Below the pieces are notes generated by a model that saw only the letters and a program-made list of their open reading frames with translations, was not told where the DNA came from and did not search any database. Position numbers and translations under genes: made by a program. Positions 16,506-26,638 of a DNA stretch of 64,000 nucleotides are shown here, piece after piece (within the stretch, counting starts at the first letter, position 1; each line of letters begins with the position of its first letter). Source of the stretch: an uncultured Solirubrobacterales bacterium (GTDB taxonomy: Bacteria > Actinomycetota > Thermoleophilia > Solirubrobacterales > 70-9). The DNA lies in contig CAWDUO010000005.1 in assembly GCA_963805475.1 (NCBI GenBank), positions 60,545-124,544 on the forward strand, given 5' to 3'.

Positions 16506-17098
16506 TCAGTATCCCGGCGGGTGGCGGGCGACGAAGCCTTCGGGGTAGGGCAGCGCCGGGTGCCAGCGCGGCCCGGAGCCGCGCGCGTCGCCGACGGTGT
16601 CCCAGCGCAGGCCGGCGATCACCGCGTAGGCGTGGCCGGCGTTGGCGTAGACGGTCAGCCAGCGGCCGCGGCCGGAGGCGCCCCAGCGCATCAGCTGGCC
16701 GGAGTCGAGCGGCGCCTGGAGGAAGCCGCCGCCGGCGAGCGCGTAGCTGACCGCGCCGGAGCAGTCGTAGCCGCGCGAGTACCAGGAGGCGTGGCCGCCG
16801 CCCCATATGTAGGGGCGGCCGATGATCTGGTCGGCGGCGCTTCGCGGGCCGGCGCCCGCTTCGCGCGCCGCGGCGCCGCGGCGACGTCGTAGGGCCGCTG
16901 CGGGTGGGGCGGCCGCTCTTCGGCGATGCGGCTGCGCTCGTGCGGCGGCGGGGCTTCGGCGACCAGCGTCGCCTTCCCGCCGCCCCCGCAGCCGGCCAGC
17001 GCCGCGGCGATCAGGCAGACCGCGACGAGCGCGCTCCCCAGCCCAAGCTTCGATCCGAGCATCGAGCCTGGATTGTGCAGGATCGATCGGGTATGCAT
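16506..17098 (-). CDS. Lipoprotein with C-terminal NlpC/P60-like domain; N- and C-terminal halves lie in different frames
   Basis: Frame A carries a lipobox signal, LGSALVAVCLIAAALAGCGGGG. Frame B carries IIGRPYIWGGGHASWYSRGYDCSGAVSYAL. The frame switch lies somewhere in 16830-16900, within a Pro/Ala/Arg-rich linker. Confidence 0.6.
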
Positions 17099-17103
17099 GG
17101 CCC

Positions 17104-17961
17104 ATGGACTCGAAGCGGCCCCTGCGCGCCTTCGATCGCTTCCAGCAGCGGCACGCCGCGCTCGCGGTGCCGGTCGCCGTGGCGAAGAAGTACGGCGACG
17201 ACCACGGCGGCAATCTCGCCGCGCTGATCGCCTACCGCGCCTTCTTCTCGCTCTTCCCGCTGCTCCTGCTGCTGACCACGGTGCTCGGCTACGCGCTCGC
17301 CGGCAATCCCGACCTGCGCCAGGAAGCGGTCGACTCGGTGCTGAGCCAGCTGCCGGTGATCGGCGAACAGATCTCGGTCAGCTCGCTGGAAGGCAACGGC
17401 GTGGCGCTTGCGGTCGGGATCGCCGGCTCGCTGTGGGCCGGCTTCGGCGTCGTGCTCGCCACCGAGCAGGCGCTCGACCGCGTCTGGGCGGTCCCCCGTG
17501 GCGACCGGCGCGGCTTCCTCGCTTCGCGCCTGCGGGCGCTGGCGCTGCTCGTCGTGCTCGGCACGCTGACGCTCGTCTCGACGGTCGCCTCCGGCCTGGT
17601 CGGCGGCGGCGCCGGCCCGCTCGGCCCGGTCGGCGGGATCGCGATCTCGGTGGGGATCAACCTGCTCGTCTTCGGCGCCGTCTTCTCCCTGCTCGGGGCG
17701 CGTGAGGCGTCCTTCGCCAGGCTGCTGCCCGGAGTCGTCCTCGCCGCCGTCTGCTGGTCGGGGCTGCAGCTCGCCGGGGGCTGGTTCGTCTCGCACGAGG
17801 TGCGGGGGGCGACGCCGGCCTACGGCACCTTCGCCCTGGTCCTCGGCCTGCTCGTCTGGATCAACCTCGGCACGACCCTGACCGTGCTCAGCGCCGAGCT
17901 GAACGTGGTCCGGGAGCGGCGGCTGTGGCCGCGCAGCTTGCTAGGTCAGAGCCCTACTTGA
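17104..17961 (+). CDS. YihY/BrkB family membrane protein
   Basis: ATG 17104 (MDSKRPLRAFDRFQQRHAALAV...GGNLAALIAYRAFFSLFPLLLLL) with multiple TM helices. The upstream part of the 379-aa open frame is Arg/Ala junk. Confidence 0.8.
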   Translation: MDSKRPLRAFDRFQQRHAALAVPVAVAKKYGDDHGGNLAALIAYRAFFSLFPLLLLLTTVLGYALAGNPDLRQEAVDSVLSQLPVIGEQISVSSLEGNGVALAVGIAGSLWAGFGVVLATEQALDRVWAVPRGDRRGFLASRLRALALLVVLGTLTLVSTVASGLVGGGAGPLGPVGGIAISVGINLLVFGAVFSLLGAREASFARLLPGVVLAAVCWSGLQLAGGWFVSHEVRGATPAYGTFALVLGLLVWINLGTTLTVLSAELNVVRERRLWPRSLLGQSPT

Positions 17962-18460
17962 CCACCTTGCCCTGCGGCGTGATCACGTACCAGTAGCCGC
18001 CGTTCAAGTCGATCGCCTGGCCGGTGGCCTGGCCCGGTTCGGTGTCGGAGACGTAGGCGTAGAGTGGCCAGCCGGCGTAGGTGACGACTTCGCCGCCTGC
18101 GGGGCCGGGGTCGCTGCCCAGCAGCGATGCCTTGACCTTGCCGGCGGCCTTCGCCTTCTGGCCCGCTTCGAGCACGAGCGGCGGCCAGATCGCGGCGCAG
18201 TCGCCTTCGCAGGTGACTTCCTTCGCTTCGTCGGGGGCGAAGACGTAGAGCGTCTTCCCTTCGCCGTCGACCAGCACCTGGCCGACGCCGGAGACGTTCG
18301 CGCTCGACACCTTCAACGGCTTCGCGGTCGGCTTCATGGCCGTGCTTTCGCCCGCGGTCGCGCCGGAGCCTTCGGTCGAGCCGCTATCGCCGCTTCCCCC
18401 GCAGCCCGCGAGCAGCGCGAGCGCAGCGGGGAGGACGAGCAGCGCGGTCAGCTTCTTCAT
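17954..18460 (-). CDS. Secreted lipoprotein with duplicated 'secreted repeat of unknown function' (COG4315-like)
   Basis: MKKLTALLVLPAALALLAGCGG lipobox, and two repeats of the GKTLYVF..D / GWPLYAYVSD type. Confidence 0.75.
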   Translation of the reverse strand: MKKLTALLVLPAALALLAGCGGSGDSGSTEGSGATAGESTAMKPTAKPLKVSSANVSGVGQVLVDGEGKTLYVFAPDEAKEVTCEGDCAAIWPPLVLEAGQKAKAAGKVKASLLGSDPGPAGGEVVTYAGWPLYAYVSDTEPGQATGQAIDLNGGYWYVITPQGKVVK

Positions 18461-18555
18461 CGCTACCTCCTCGTTTCGATGCCTTGCGCCAACCATAGGG
18501 GTCCGGGGCGCCGGCGGCGGCGCGAGGGGCCTCAGCCCGGCGTGAGAGGCGGAGC

Positions 18556-18996
18556 CTACTCGGCTGGGGAATCCAGGAGGTGGGCGACCCCGCTCGGGTC
18601 CGCACGCACATAGGTGAGGGTGGGAACGGCGGCGAAGTCCTCGTCGGCAGACACCAGGGCGCTTGCGTCGATTGCGATCGCAGCTGCCGCCAGCACGGCG
18701 TCGAAGGCCCCGAGGCGCTCCAGCCGCTCGAACAGACCGAGACCCTGTTGGAGCTGCTCGTCCGTGACCGGCAGCAGCGGGGAGAGCAGCTCGACGTAGT
18801 CGCGTCCGAGGCTCGCCGCGTCGGAGCGGTCGCGACGCCGCGAGCGCACGTGGACGAACTCCTGGATCGCCTCGACCGTCGTGGTCGCTTCGATTTCGTT
18901 CGCGGCGATCGCCTCGATCAGCTTGCGGCATGGATCCCGCAGCGGATGCTCGGCGCCCTTGGCGTAGACGAGCACCGTCGTGTCGAGAACGATCAT
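18556..18996 (-). CDS. vapC: PIN-domain toxin VapC
   Basis: [10 protein letters not shown] with further conserved acidic residues (…EFVH…, …DAVLAA…, …SADEDF). 4-nt overlap with the upstream RHH gene. Confidence 0.85.
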   Translation of the reverse strand: MIVLDTTVLVYAKGAEHPLRDPCRKLIEAIAANEIEATTTVEAIQEFVHVRSRRRDRSDAASLGRDYVELLSPLLPVTDEQLQQGLGLFERLERLGAFDAVLAAAAIAIDASALVSADEDFAAVPTLTYVRADPSGVAHLLDSPAE

Positions 18997-19244
18997 GCGC
19001 GCCGGCCGCGCAGCGCTTCGAGCTCGTCCTTCAGCTCCGCCGGCGAGGGGACCGCCATGTCGGGGGCATCCAGCAGGCGCCGGCCCGCGGCCTCGCGAGC
19101 ACGGTCCTGGGTCGGCAGCCCCCGGTCGATCGCCTCGCGCACCACCGTGGCCACCGATACCCCCCGTTGCCGCGCCGCCGCCGAGATGCGCTCGTGCCGT
19201 CGATCGTCAAGCAGAATCTGAAGTCGGTGGGAATAGATACACAT
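18993..19244 (-). CDS. vapB: Ribbon-helix-helix antitoxin VapB
   Basis: 83-aa ORF; [34 protein letters not shown] is a CopG/RHH fold pattern. Upstream of and overlapping vapC. Confidence 0.8.
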   Translation of the reverse strand: MCIYSHRLQILLDDRRHERISAAARQRGVSVATVVREAIDRGLPTQDRAREAAGRRLLDAPDMAVPSPAELKDELEALRGRRA

Positions 19245-19428
19245 ACATTAGCATGCTCAGGTCGGCCGGAGGTTTGAGCGCGACCGATCGGGGCCGCGTG
19301 GGACCGACAGCGAGAGCGGACCGCGGCGGCTTAGCGCCGTCGCGGGCAAACAGGAGAGGAGAGACCGATGACCATTGCGGGCGCGATTCTGCTGATCGTG
19401 GGGAGGGAGTGTCTCCTGATCCGGCGGG

Positions 19429-19689
19429 TCAGTGGTGGCGCAGCGCGTCGATGAGCTCGTCCTTGTTCATCTCCGAACGCCCTTCGATGCCGACCTCGGC
19501 GGCGCGTTCCTGGAGCTCTTCGAGCGTGCGGTCCTCGTAGCTCTCGCCTTCGCCGCCCTTGCGGCCGGGTTCTTCGCCGCCGGCTCTCGCATTGGCGATG
19601 CGCGCGGCTTTCTCTTTGCTCTCGCCCTCTTCGCGCAGCTTTTCGTAGAGGCGGTCGTCCTTCACCGTGGGCCCGTGGTCTTTGGCCAT
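19429..19689 (-). CDS. Small charged protein with C-terminal Rho-N (SAP-like) domain
   Basis: 86 aa. RTLEELQERAAEVGIEGRSEMNKDELIDALRHH matches the Rho termination factor N-terminal domain pattern. Confidence 0.65.
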   Translation of the reverse strand: MAKDHGPTVKDDRLYEKLREEGESKEKAARIANARAGGEEPGRKGGEGESYEDRTLEELQERAAEVGIEGRSEMNKDELIDALRHH

Positions 19690-19826
19690 CTCGTCCTTCC
19701 CTTCGGTGGGGGTGCAGGTCCTGTCAAAGGAATGCCCTGTCGGCCGCGCGGCGAAACAGAGGCACGGGCCCCTGAGCTGCGGAGATGTAATCTTTCGTTC
19801 CCCTCGATTACTGGTTATTAGGTAGC

Positions 19827-21200
19827 GTGTGGCGTGCAGCGACGAACGGAGGCGGAGGAATCGACTGGATCGCGATAGCGGTGGCGGCCCTTGCGGCGCT
19901 GCTCGTGCTGCTCCTGCTGGCGATCATGGCGACGCGCGAGCGGCGGGCGCGCCGGCGCTTTCAGATCCTCGCCGACATCGCCGCCGTCTCGGAAGCCGGG
20001 GGGACGCTGGAGGAGGTCTTCGACGCGATCTGCGCGATCCTCGTCCCGCAGCTCGCCGACTTCTGCATGATCGACGTCATCGACGAGAGCCGCGTCCCGC
20101 GCCGCGCCGCGGTGCGGGTCGCCGCCGGCGCCAGGCCGGAGTTCGAGTCGGGCCTCGCCGAACGGCTGCCCTCGACGCCGCCGCGCATGGTCGCCGGCGA
20201 GGGCTCGTCGCTCGAGCCGCGCTTCTACGAACGCGTGTCGGAAGAGGACGTGCGCGGCCTCTCCCACGACGAGGAGGACTTCGAGTTCCTGCGCAGCCTC
20301 GGCATGCGCTCGGCGATCACCGTCGCCCTGCAGGCGCGCGGCGAGGTGACCGGGGCGCTGACCCTCGGGGTGGCCTGGTCGGGACGGCGCTACAAGCGCG
20401 AGGACTCCCGCTTCGCCTGGATCCTCTCCGGCCGGGTCGCCCTGGCGCTCGACAACGCCGGCCTGTTCGCCGGGCTCGAGCGGGCCGAGCGGGCGCGCTC
20501 GCAGATCGCCGAGACGCTGCAGCGCGGCCTCCTGCCGCCGCCGCTGCCGCACATCCCCGGCTGGTCGGTGGCCGCGATGTACAGGCCGGCGGGGGCGGAG
20601 AACGAGGTCGGCGGCGACTTCTACGACCTCTTCCGCGTGCCGGGAGGGTGGATGCTTGCGATCGGCGACGTCACCGGCCGCGGCGCCCATGCCGCCTCGG
20701 TCACCGCGGTCGCCCGCTACACGCTGCGCACCGCGGCTGTGCTCACCGACGACCCGCTGGTCGCCATGCGCACGCTGAACCGCGCCCTGCTGGCGCGCGG
20801 CGACGCGGCTCTGTGCAGCCTCGCGACGATGACCTTGAGCGAAGATCCGGCGGAGGCGATCCGCCTCGCCGTCGCCGGCCACCCACCGCCGCTGCTGGTC
20901 GACGGCGAGCAGGTCAGCGAGATCGCCGGCGCCGACCCCGTGCTCGGGGCCTTCCCGGACGCCGAGTGGAGCCTCTCCCGTGCCGAGGTCCGGCCCGGCC
21001 AGCAGATCGTCGTCGTCACCGACGGCATCACCGAGGCGCAGGGCCCGGAGGGGCGCTTCGGCGAGCTGCGCCTGCGCGCTCGGCTCAGCGGCGCCGGCAA
21101 CCCGGCGCTCGCCGTGCAGCGGCTCGAGGGCTCGCTGCACGCCTTCACCGAGGGCAGGCTCGACGACGACGTGGCGATGCTGGCGGTCTCGCGAAGTTGA
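19827..21200 (+). CDS. PP2C-type (SpoIIE/RsbU-like) serine phosphatase with N-terminal TM helix and GAF-like sensor
   Basis: TM helix IAIAVAALAALLVLLLLAI. PP2C motifs GGDFYDLF and AIGDVTGRGAHAA, and VVVTDGITEA. Confidence 0.85.
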   Translation: MWRAATNGGGGIDWIAIAVAALAALLVLLLLAIMATRERRARRRFQILADIAAVSEAGGTLEEVFDAICAILVPQLADFCMIDVIDESRVPRRAAVRVAAGARPEFESGLAERLPSTPPRMVAGEGSSLEPRFYERVSEEDVRGLSHDEEDFEFLRSLGMRSAITVALQARGEVTGALTLGVAWSGRRYKREDSRFAWILSGRVALALDNAGLFAGLERAERARSQIAETLQRGLLPPPLPHIPGWSVAAMYRPAGAENEVGGDFYDLFRVPGGWMLAIGDVTGRGAHAASVTAVARYTLRTAAVLTDDPLVAMRTLNRALLARGDAALCSLATMTLSEDPAEAIRLAVAGHPPPLLVDGEQVSEIAGADPVLGAFPDAEWSLSRAEVRPGQQIVVVTDGITEAQGPEGRFGELRLRARLSGAGNPALAVQRLEGSLHAFTEGRLDDDVAMLAVSRS

Positions 21201-21604
21201 CGAGCGCGGACCTGGCGCTGGTCAAGCGCCTCTATGAGTGTTTCAACGACCGCGACGAGACCTGCATCGTCGAGCTCTGCGACGAGGCGATGGAGTTCTT
21301 CCCCGTCGTCACCGCCGAGGCGGTCGGCCGCGAGGCCCCCTACAAAGGCCAGGCCGGCCTGCGCGACTACCTGGCCGACGTCGCCGAGGTCTGGGAAGAG
21401 CTGCAGATCTCGCCCGGCGAAGTCGAGGCGCGCGGCGGCGCGCTGCTCGTCCGCGGCCGCGTCTACGCGCGCAGCCGCGAGCTCGGCATCCGCGACGTGC
21501 CCGTGGCCTGGATCTGGCAGGTCCGCGACGGCCGCTTCGTCCGCGGCGAGGTCTTCCCCAACCCGGAAGACGCGCTCGCCCGCTTCGCCGCGCATGGCGC
21601 TTGA
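21197..21604 (+). CDS. SnoaL-like / NTF2-fold protein
   Basis: TTG 21197 overlaps the phosphatase stop (TTGA). LVKRLYECFNDRDETCIVELCDEAMEFF...WIWQVRDGRFVRGEVF is typical of the SnoaL/ketosteroid-isomerase fold. Confidence 0.6.
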   Translation: MTSADLALVKRLYECFNDRDETCIVELCDEAMEFFPVVTAEAVGREAPYKGQAGLRDYLADVAEVWEELQISPGEVEARGGALLVRGRVYARSRELGIRDVPVAWIWQVRDGRFVRGEVFPNPEDALARFAAHGA

Positions 21605-21632
21605 AAAGGCAAACGGCGGGTAGTGGCAGGGC

Positions 21633-22634
21633 ATCGCTGACTTCGAGGGAAAAGTCGTCGTCGTCACCGGGGCGGGGTCGGGAATCGGCCGGGCGATCGC
21701 CCGGCGCTTCGGCTCCGACCGCGCGAAGGTCGCGCTGCTGGCGCGCGGCGAGCAGGCGCTCGACGGGGCCCGCGGCGAGGTCGAGGCGGCCGGCGGCACG
21801 GCGCTCGCGATCCCGACGGACGTCGCCGACGCGGCCGCGGTCGAGGCCGCCGCCGAGCGGATCGAGGCCGAGCTGGGCCCGATCGACGTCTGGGTCAACG
21901 ACGCGATGACGACCGTCTTCTCCTTCTTCGAGGAGATCGACCCCGAGGAGTACGAGCGGGCGACCGACGTCACCTACCACGGCACGGTCTGGGGGACGCG
22001 CTCGGCGCTCAAGCGGATGGTCCCGCGCGACCAGGGGACGATCGTCGAGGTCGGCTCGGCGATGGCCTACCAGGGCATTCCCCTGCAGGCCCCCTACTGC
22101 GGCGCCAAGCACGCGATCAAGGGCTTCTTCGACTCGCTGCGCGCGGAGCTGCGCCACAAGGGCTCGAAGGTCCACGTGACGATGGTCCAGCTGCCGGGCG
22201 TCAACACGCCGCAGTTCGACCACAACCGCTCGAAGATGCCGCGGCACCCGATGCCGGTGCCGCCCGTCTACCAGCCCGAGGTCGCCGCCGACGCCGTCCA
22301 CTGGGCGGCCGGCCACCGCCGCCGCCAGGTCTACGTCGGCGTTCCCACCGTCTACACGGTCCTCGGCAGCAAATTCGCCCCCTGGCTGGCCGAGCGCTAC
22401 CTCGCCCGCACGGCGGTCAAGGGCCAGCAGACCGAAGGCCCGCCGACCGAGACCAACCGCGAGGGCAACCTGATGCAGGCCCCCGAAGAGGACCCCGGCG
22501 CCCACGGCGTCTTCGACGAAATGGCCCACAAGCGCAGCCCCCAGTGGTTCCTCAGCCGTCACCGCAACGCCCTCGCCGGCCTCTTCGCCGCGGGCGCCGC
22601 GGCCGGCGCCGCCCTTGCTCTAACCGATCGCTGA
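21633..22634 (+). CDS. Short-chain dehydrogenase/reductase; 5' end unresolved (no canonical in-frame start)
   Basis: The Rossmann motif FEGKVVVVTGAGSGIG starts at 21642, and the catalytic YCGAKHA is present. An in-frame stop lies at 21621, with only ATC before the motif. GTG 21623 would fit if one base near 21632 is spurious. Confidence 0.75.
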   Translation: MADFEGKVVVVTGAGSGIGRAIARRFGSDRAKVALLARGEQALDGARGEVEAAGGTALAIPTDVADAAAVEAAAERIEAELGPIDVWVNDAMTTVFSFFEEIDPEEYERATDVTYHGTVWGTRSALKRMVPRDQGTIVEVGSAMAYQGIPLQAPYCGAKHAIKGFFDSLRAELRHKGSKVHVTMVQLPGVNTPQFDHNRSKMPRHPMPVPPVYQPEVAADAVHWAAGHRRRQVYVGVPTVYTVLGSKFAPWLAERYLARTAVKGQQTEGPPTETNREGNLMQAPEEDPGAHGVFDEMAHKRSPQWFLSRHRNALAGLFAAGAAAGAALALTDR

Positions 22635-25526
22635 GGCGATCGCCTCGGCGGTGTGCAGGGGCCGGCGGTCGGTCAGCTCTTCGATCTGCGTCTTGCAGGA
22701 GAAGCCGTCGGCGATCAGGATCGTCTCCTCGCCGGCCTCGCGCAGGGCCGGCAGCAGGCGGCCCTGCTCGGCGATCTGGCGCGAGATCTCGTCGTGCTCG
22801 CGCTCGAAGCCGAAGGAGCCGGCGAGCCCGCAGCAGCCGGTGTCGAGCACTTCGAAGTCGAGGCCGAGGCGCTCGTAGAGCTGTCGCTCGGCGTCCATCC
22901 CCATCGTCGCCTCCTGGTGGCAGTGGCCGTGGACGAGCGCGCGCCGCTCAAGCCGCGGCGCGTCCCAGTCCGGGGCGTGCCGCTGCAGGAGCTCGGCCAG
23001 GGTCAGCGTCTGCAGCGAGAGGCGCTTGGCGTCCTCGTCGTGCGGCATCAGGTTGGGCAGCTCGTCGCGGAAGGCCGCGACGCAGCTCGGCTCGACCCCG
23101 ACGACCGGCACGCCGTCGTGGATCTGCGGGGCGAGCGCGCCGAGCATGCGCCGCCAGAAGAGCTTCGCCGTGTCGAGCATCCCGTAGTCGTAGAGCGGGC
23201 GCCCGCAGCAGAGCGCCGGCGCCGGCACGACGACGCGGAAGCCGGCGTCCTCGAGCACCAGCACGGCGGCCTTCAGCGGCTCCGGGTGGAGGAAGTTGTT
23301 GAAGGTGTCGGGGAAGAGGACGACCGGGTCGGCGTTCGGGTTGACCGCGCCGCGACCGTCCCACCACGCCTTGAAGGTCTGCTCGGCGAAGCGCGGCATG
23401 GTGCGCTCCGGGCTCAGCCCGCCGGCGCGCTTGACCAGGCGGCTGACGCCCGGCGCGTGGGTGAGGAAGTTGGCGAGCCGCGGCATTCGCGAGGCGAGCC
23501 GCGCGTGCAGCATGATCAACCCCATCGAGTAGGCGGCCCGCGGCCGCAGGCGGCGCTTGTAGTGGTGGGAGAGGAACTCCGCCTTGTAGGTGGCCATGTC
23601 GACGCTGACCGGGCAGTCGCCCTTGCAGCCCTTGCAGGAGAGGCAGAGGTCGAGCGCCTCCTCGACCTCCTCGGAGCGCCAGCCGTCGGCGATCGTCTGC
23701 CCCTCGAGCATCTCGTAGAGGATCCGCGCGCGGCCGCGCGTCGTGTGCTCCTCGTCGCGCGTCGCCATGTAGCTCGGGCACATCGTGCCGCCGGCGGCGT
23801 TGCGGCATTTGCCGGCGCCGACGCAGCGCAGCGCCGCGTGGGCGAAGCTGCCGCCGTCCTCGGGGTAGGCGAAGTGGGTCTCGACTTCCGGCGGGTCGTA
23901 GTCGGAGCCGAGCTTCATGTTGGAGACGATCGGATAGGGGTCGACGACCTTGTGCGGGTTCATCCGGTTGTCCGGGTCCCAGATCCGCTTCATCTCGCCG
24001 AAGGCGCCGACCAGCTCGGGGCCGAACATCTTCGGCAGCAGCTCCGCCCGCTGCTGGCCGTCGCCGTGCTCGCCGGAGAGCGAGCCGCCGTGCTCGACCA
24101 CGAGGTCGGCGGCCCGGTCGAGGAAGCGGCGCCAGGTGCGCAGGCCGCCGGCGCTGCGCAGGTCGAAGTCGATCCGGCAGTGCACGCAGCCGTCGCCGAA
24201 GTGCCCGTAGAGCGCCGCCCTGTATTCGTGCTCGTCGAGCAGCGAGCGGAAGCCGCGCAGGTAGGAGCCGAGCCGCTGCGGCGGCACCGCGGCGTCCTCC
24301 CAGCCGGGCCAGTGGTCGCGCTCGCCCTGCACGTAGGAGGTCGCGCCGAGGCCCGCCTCGCGGATCTCCCACAGCCGCTGCTCTTCGGCGACGTCGTCGA
24401 ACAGCTTCAGCGCCGGTGCGGTCGGGTCGCGGCGCAGCGCGGCCATGCACTCTTCGGCGCGGGCGTGGCTCTGCTCGCGCGAGTCGGCGCCGAACTCGAC
24501 CAGCAGCCAGCCCTCGCCCTCGGGCAGCAGCGGCACCTCGCCTTCGTGCTGGCCCTTCTGCACCATGTCGTCGATCAGCCGGCTGTCGATCCCCTCGAGG
24601 CCGACCGGGCCGTGGGCGAGGATCTCCGGCACGTGGTCGGCCGCTTCGAAGACCGTCGGGTAGCCGAGCACGAGCAGCGAGCGGGCGGGGGGCGAGTGGA
24701 CGAGCCGCACCGTCGCCTCCAGCACCGTCGCCAGCGTGCCCTCCGAGCCGACCAGCGCGCGGGCGACGTTGAACCCCTTCTCGGGCAGCAGCTCGTCGAG
24801 GTTGTAGCCGGAGACGCGGCGCGGGATGTCGGGGTAGCGCTCGCGGACGCGGTCGGCGTAGCGGTCGCGCAGCTCGCGCATCCGCCGGTAGATCTCGCCG
24901 CGCCGCCCGCCGCCGGCGATTATCCGCTCGAGCTCCTCCTCGCTCGTCGGCCCGACCCGCATCCGCTCGCCGTCGTAGGTGACGATCTCCAGCTCTTCGA
25001 CGTTGTCGGCGGTGCGGCCGGCCATCACCGAGTGGATGCCGCAGGAGTTGTTGCCGATCATCCCGCCGAAGGTCGCGTATTCGTGGGTCGAGGTGTCGGG
25101 GGCGAAGGTGAGCTCGTGCCGGCTCTCGGTCAGGTTGGCGAGCTGGTCGCGGATCACCCCGGGCTGCACCCGAGCGATCTTGCGCTCGGGGTCGATCTCG
25201 ACGATCTCGCGCATGTGCTTCGAGGTGTCGATCACCACGGCGACGTTGGTCGTCTCGCCGGAGAGGCTGGTCGCGCAGCCGCGCGGCAGCACCGGCGCCC
25301 CGTGCTCGCGGCAGGCGCGGACCGCGGCGATCACGTCCTCGGCGTGCTTCGGGATCACCACGCCGAGCGGCGGCTGGCGGTAGTTGGAGCTGTCGTGCGA
25401 GTAGATCGCCCGCGTGCCGGCGTCGAAGCGCACCTCGCCCTCGAGCGCGGCGGCGAGCTCGCGCTCCAGCGCCTTCAGGTCGATCTCCTCGACGCCCTGC
25501 GGGGCCAGCGTCGCGTGCCCCGTCAT
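22620..25526 (-). CDS. FAD-binding oxidase fused to Fe-S/CCG-domain (GlcD-GlcF-like) oxidoreductase
   Basis: 968 aa from MTGHATLAP. PCMH-type FAD domain (VVIPKHAEDV...PRGCATSLSGETTN), 4Fe-4S motif CLSCKGCKGDCP, and C-terminal Cys-rich repeats. The start overlaps the upstream gene stop. Confidence 0.85.
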   Translation of the reverse strand: MTGHATLAPQGVEEIDLKALERELAAALEGEVRFDAGTRAIYSHDSSNYRQPPLGVVIPKHAEDVIAAVRACREHGAPVLPRGCATSLSGETTNVAVVIDTSKHMREIVEIDPERKIARVQPGVIRDQLANLTESRHELTFAPDTSTHEYATFGGMIGNNSCGIHSVMAGRTADNVEELEIVTYDGERMRVGPTSEEELERIIAGGGRRGEIYRRMRELRDRYADRVRERYPDIPRRVSGYNLDELLPEKGFNVARALVGSEGTLATVLEATVRLVHSPPARSLLVLGYPTVFEAADHVPEILAHGPVGLEGIDSRLIDDMVQKGQHEGEVPLLPEGEGWLLVEFGADSREQSHARAEECMAALRRDPTAPALKLFDDVAEEQRLWEIREAGLGATSYVQGERDHWPGWEDAAVPPQRLGSYLRGFRSLLDEHEYRAALYGHFGDGCVHCRIDFDLRSAGGLRTWRRFLDRAADLVVEHGGSLSGEHGDGQQRAELLPKMFGPELVGAFGEMKRIWDPDNRMNPHKVVDPYPIVSNMKLGSDYDPPEVETHFAYPEDGGSFAHAALRCVGAGKCRNAAGGTMCPSYMATRDEEHTTRGRARILYEMLEGQTIADGWRSEEVEEALDLCLSCKGCKGDCPVSVDMATYKAEFLSHHYKRRLRPRAAYSMGLIMLHARLASRMPRLANFLTHAPGVSRLVKRAGGLSPERTMPRFAEQTFKAWWDGRGAVNPNADPVVLFPDTFNNFLHPEPLKAAVLVLEDAGFRVVVPAPALCCGRPLYDYGMLDTAKLFWRRMLGALAPQIHDGVPVVGVEPSCVAAFRDELPNLMPHDEDAKRLSLQTLTLAELLQRHAPDWDAPRLERRALVHGHCHQEATMGMDAERQLYERLGLDFEVLDTGCCGLAGSFGFEREHDEISRQIAEQGRLLPALREAGEETILIADGFSCKTQIEELTDRRPLHTAEAIASAIG

Positions 25527-26638
25527 GCCGCGTACTCCTCCGCGTCGGCGCGCTTCAGCTCGAGGCCGTGGCCGGGGCGCGAGCGGTCTGGGACGAGCCG
25601 GCCGCCCTCCGGGTCGAGCGTGCCGTCGAACAGCAGCCGCTCGACCCGCACGTGGTCGTGGAAGTACTCGAGGTGCTCGAGCGTCTCGATCGCGCAGCAG
25701 GCGTGCGCCGAGATCGCCGGCGCGCAGTGGGCGGAGAAGCGCCGCCGCGCCGCCTTGCAGACGCCGTCGGCGCGCAGCATGTTGGTGACCCCGCCGACCC
25801 GGGTCACGTCGGCCTGCACGACGTCGACGCAGCCCGCGAGCTCGCCGAGCTGCCGCAGCCCCCACTCGTACTCGCCGGCGGCGATCGCCATCCCGGCGGG
25901 GCCGTGCTCGCGCACGAAGGCCAGCCCGGCGCGGTCCTCGGAGCTGACCGGCTCCTCGAGGTAGGAGACGCCGTGCTCGGCATACCGCTCGGCCTCGCCG
26001 AGCGCCGCCTTCGGCGCGAAGGCGCCGTTGGCGTCGACCATCAGCTCGACCTCGTCGCCGATCGCCTTGCGGCAGAGGGCGAGGCGGTCGGGGTCGCGCT
26101 CCGGTTCGCGGCCGACCTTGACCTTGACGCGCGGCAGCCCGGCCTCCATCCAGCCTTCGAGCTGATCGCGCAGCCGCGGCGGCGAGTAGGAGGTGAAGCC
26201 GCCGCTGCCGTAGACCGGGACGCTCTCGTGGAAGCGGGGGAGGGCGTCGGCGAGGCAGAGGCCCAGCAGCCTCGCCTTCAGGTCCCAGAGCGCGACGTCG
26301 ACCGCGGAGACCGCCATCGCGCCGACGCCGGGGCGGCCGGCGTTGCGGATCGCCTCCTGCATGGCGGACCAGGCGGCGGGCGGCGAGAGCGCGTCGCGGC
26401 CGGCGACGACGTCCGCGAGCTTCGACTCGACGAAGGTCGCCACGGCGACGTCGCCGTAGGCGTAGCCGAGGCCGGTCGCGCCGCCCGCGTGGGCCTCGAC
26501 CACGACGATCGTCGTCGAGTCCCAGCGCAGCGTGCCGTCGGACTCCGGCTCGTCGGTGGGGACGGTGAAGGCCGAGACGTCGAGGCCGCCGATCGGCGCC
26601 TCGACCGCCTCGCCTTCGGGCGCGGCCACCGCGGCCAT
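25523..26638 (-). CDS. Enolase-superfamily enzyme (mandelate racemase/muconate lactonizing family)
   Basis: 371 aa. AVDVALWDLKAR, KVKVG and LMVDANGAF...EEP metal-ligand pattern. ATGA overlaps with both neighbouring genes. Confidence 0.8.
   Translation of the reverse strand: MAAVAAPEGEAVEAPIGGLDVSAFTVPTDEPESDGTLRWDSTTIVVVEAHAGGATGLGYAYGDVAVATFVESKLADVVAGRDALSPPAAWSAMQEAIRNAGRPGVGAMAVSAVDVALWDLKARLLGLCLADALPRFHESVPVYGSGGFTSYSPPRLRDQLEGWMEAGLPRVKVKVGREPERDPDRLALCRKAIGDEVELMVDANGAFAPKAALGEAERYAEHGVSYLEEPVSSEDRAGLAFVREHGPAGMAIAAGEYEWGLRQLGELAGCVDVVQADVTRVGGVTNMLRADGVCKAARRRFSAHCAPAISAHACCAIETLEHLEYFHDHVRVERLLFDGTLDPEGGRLVPDRSRPGHGLELKRADAEEYAA

Noticed and set aside
17099-17103. A cyclic-di-AMP (ydaO-type) riboswitch, which often precedes actinobacterial NlpC/P60 genes.
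   Set aside because: Only 5 bp separate the lipoprotein start from the divergent yihY start, which leaves no room for a leader.
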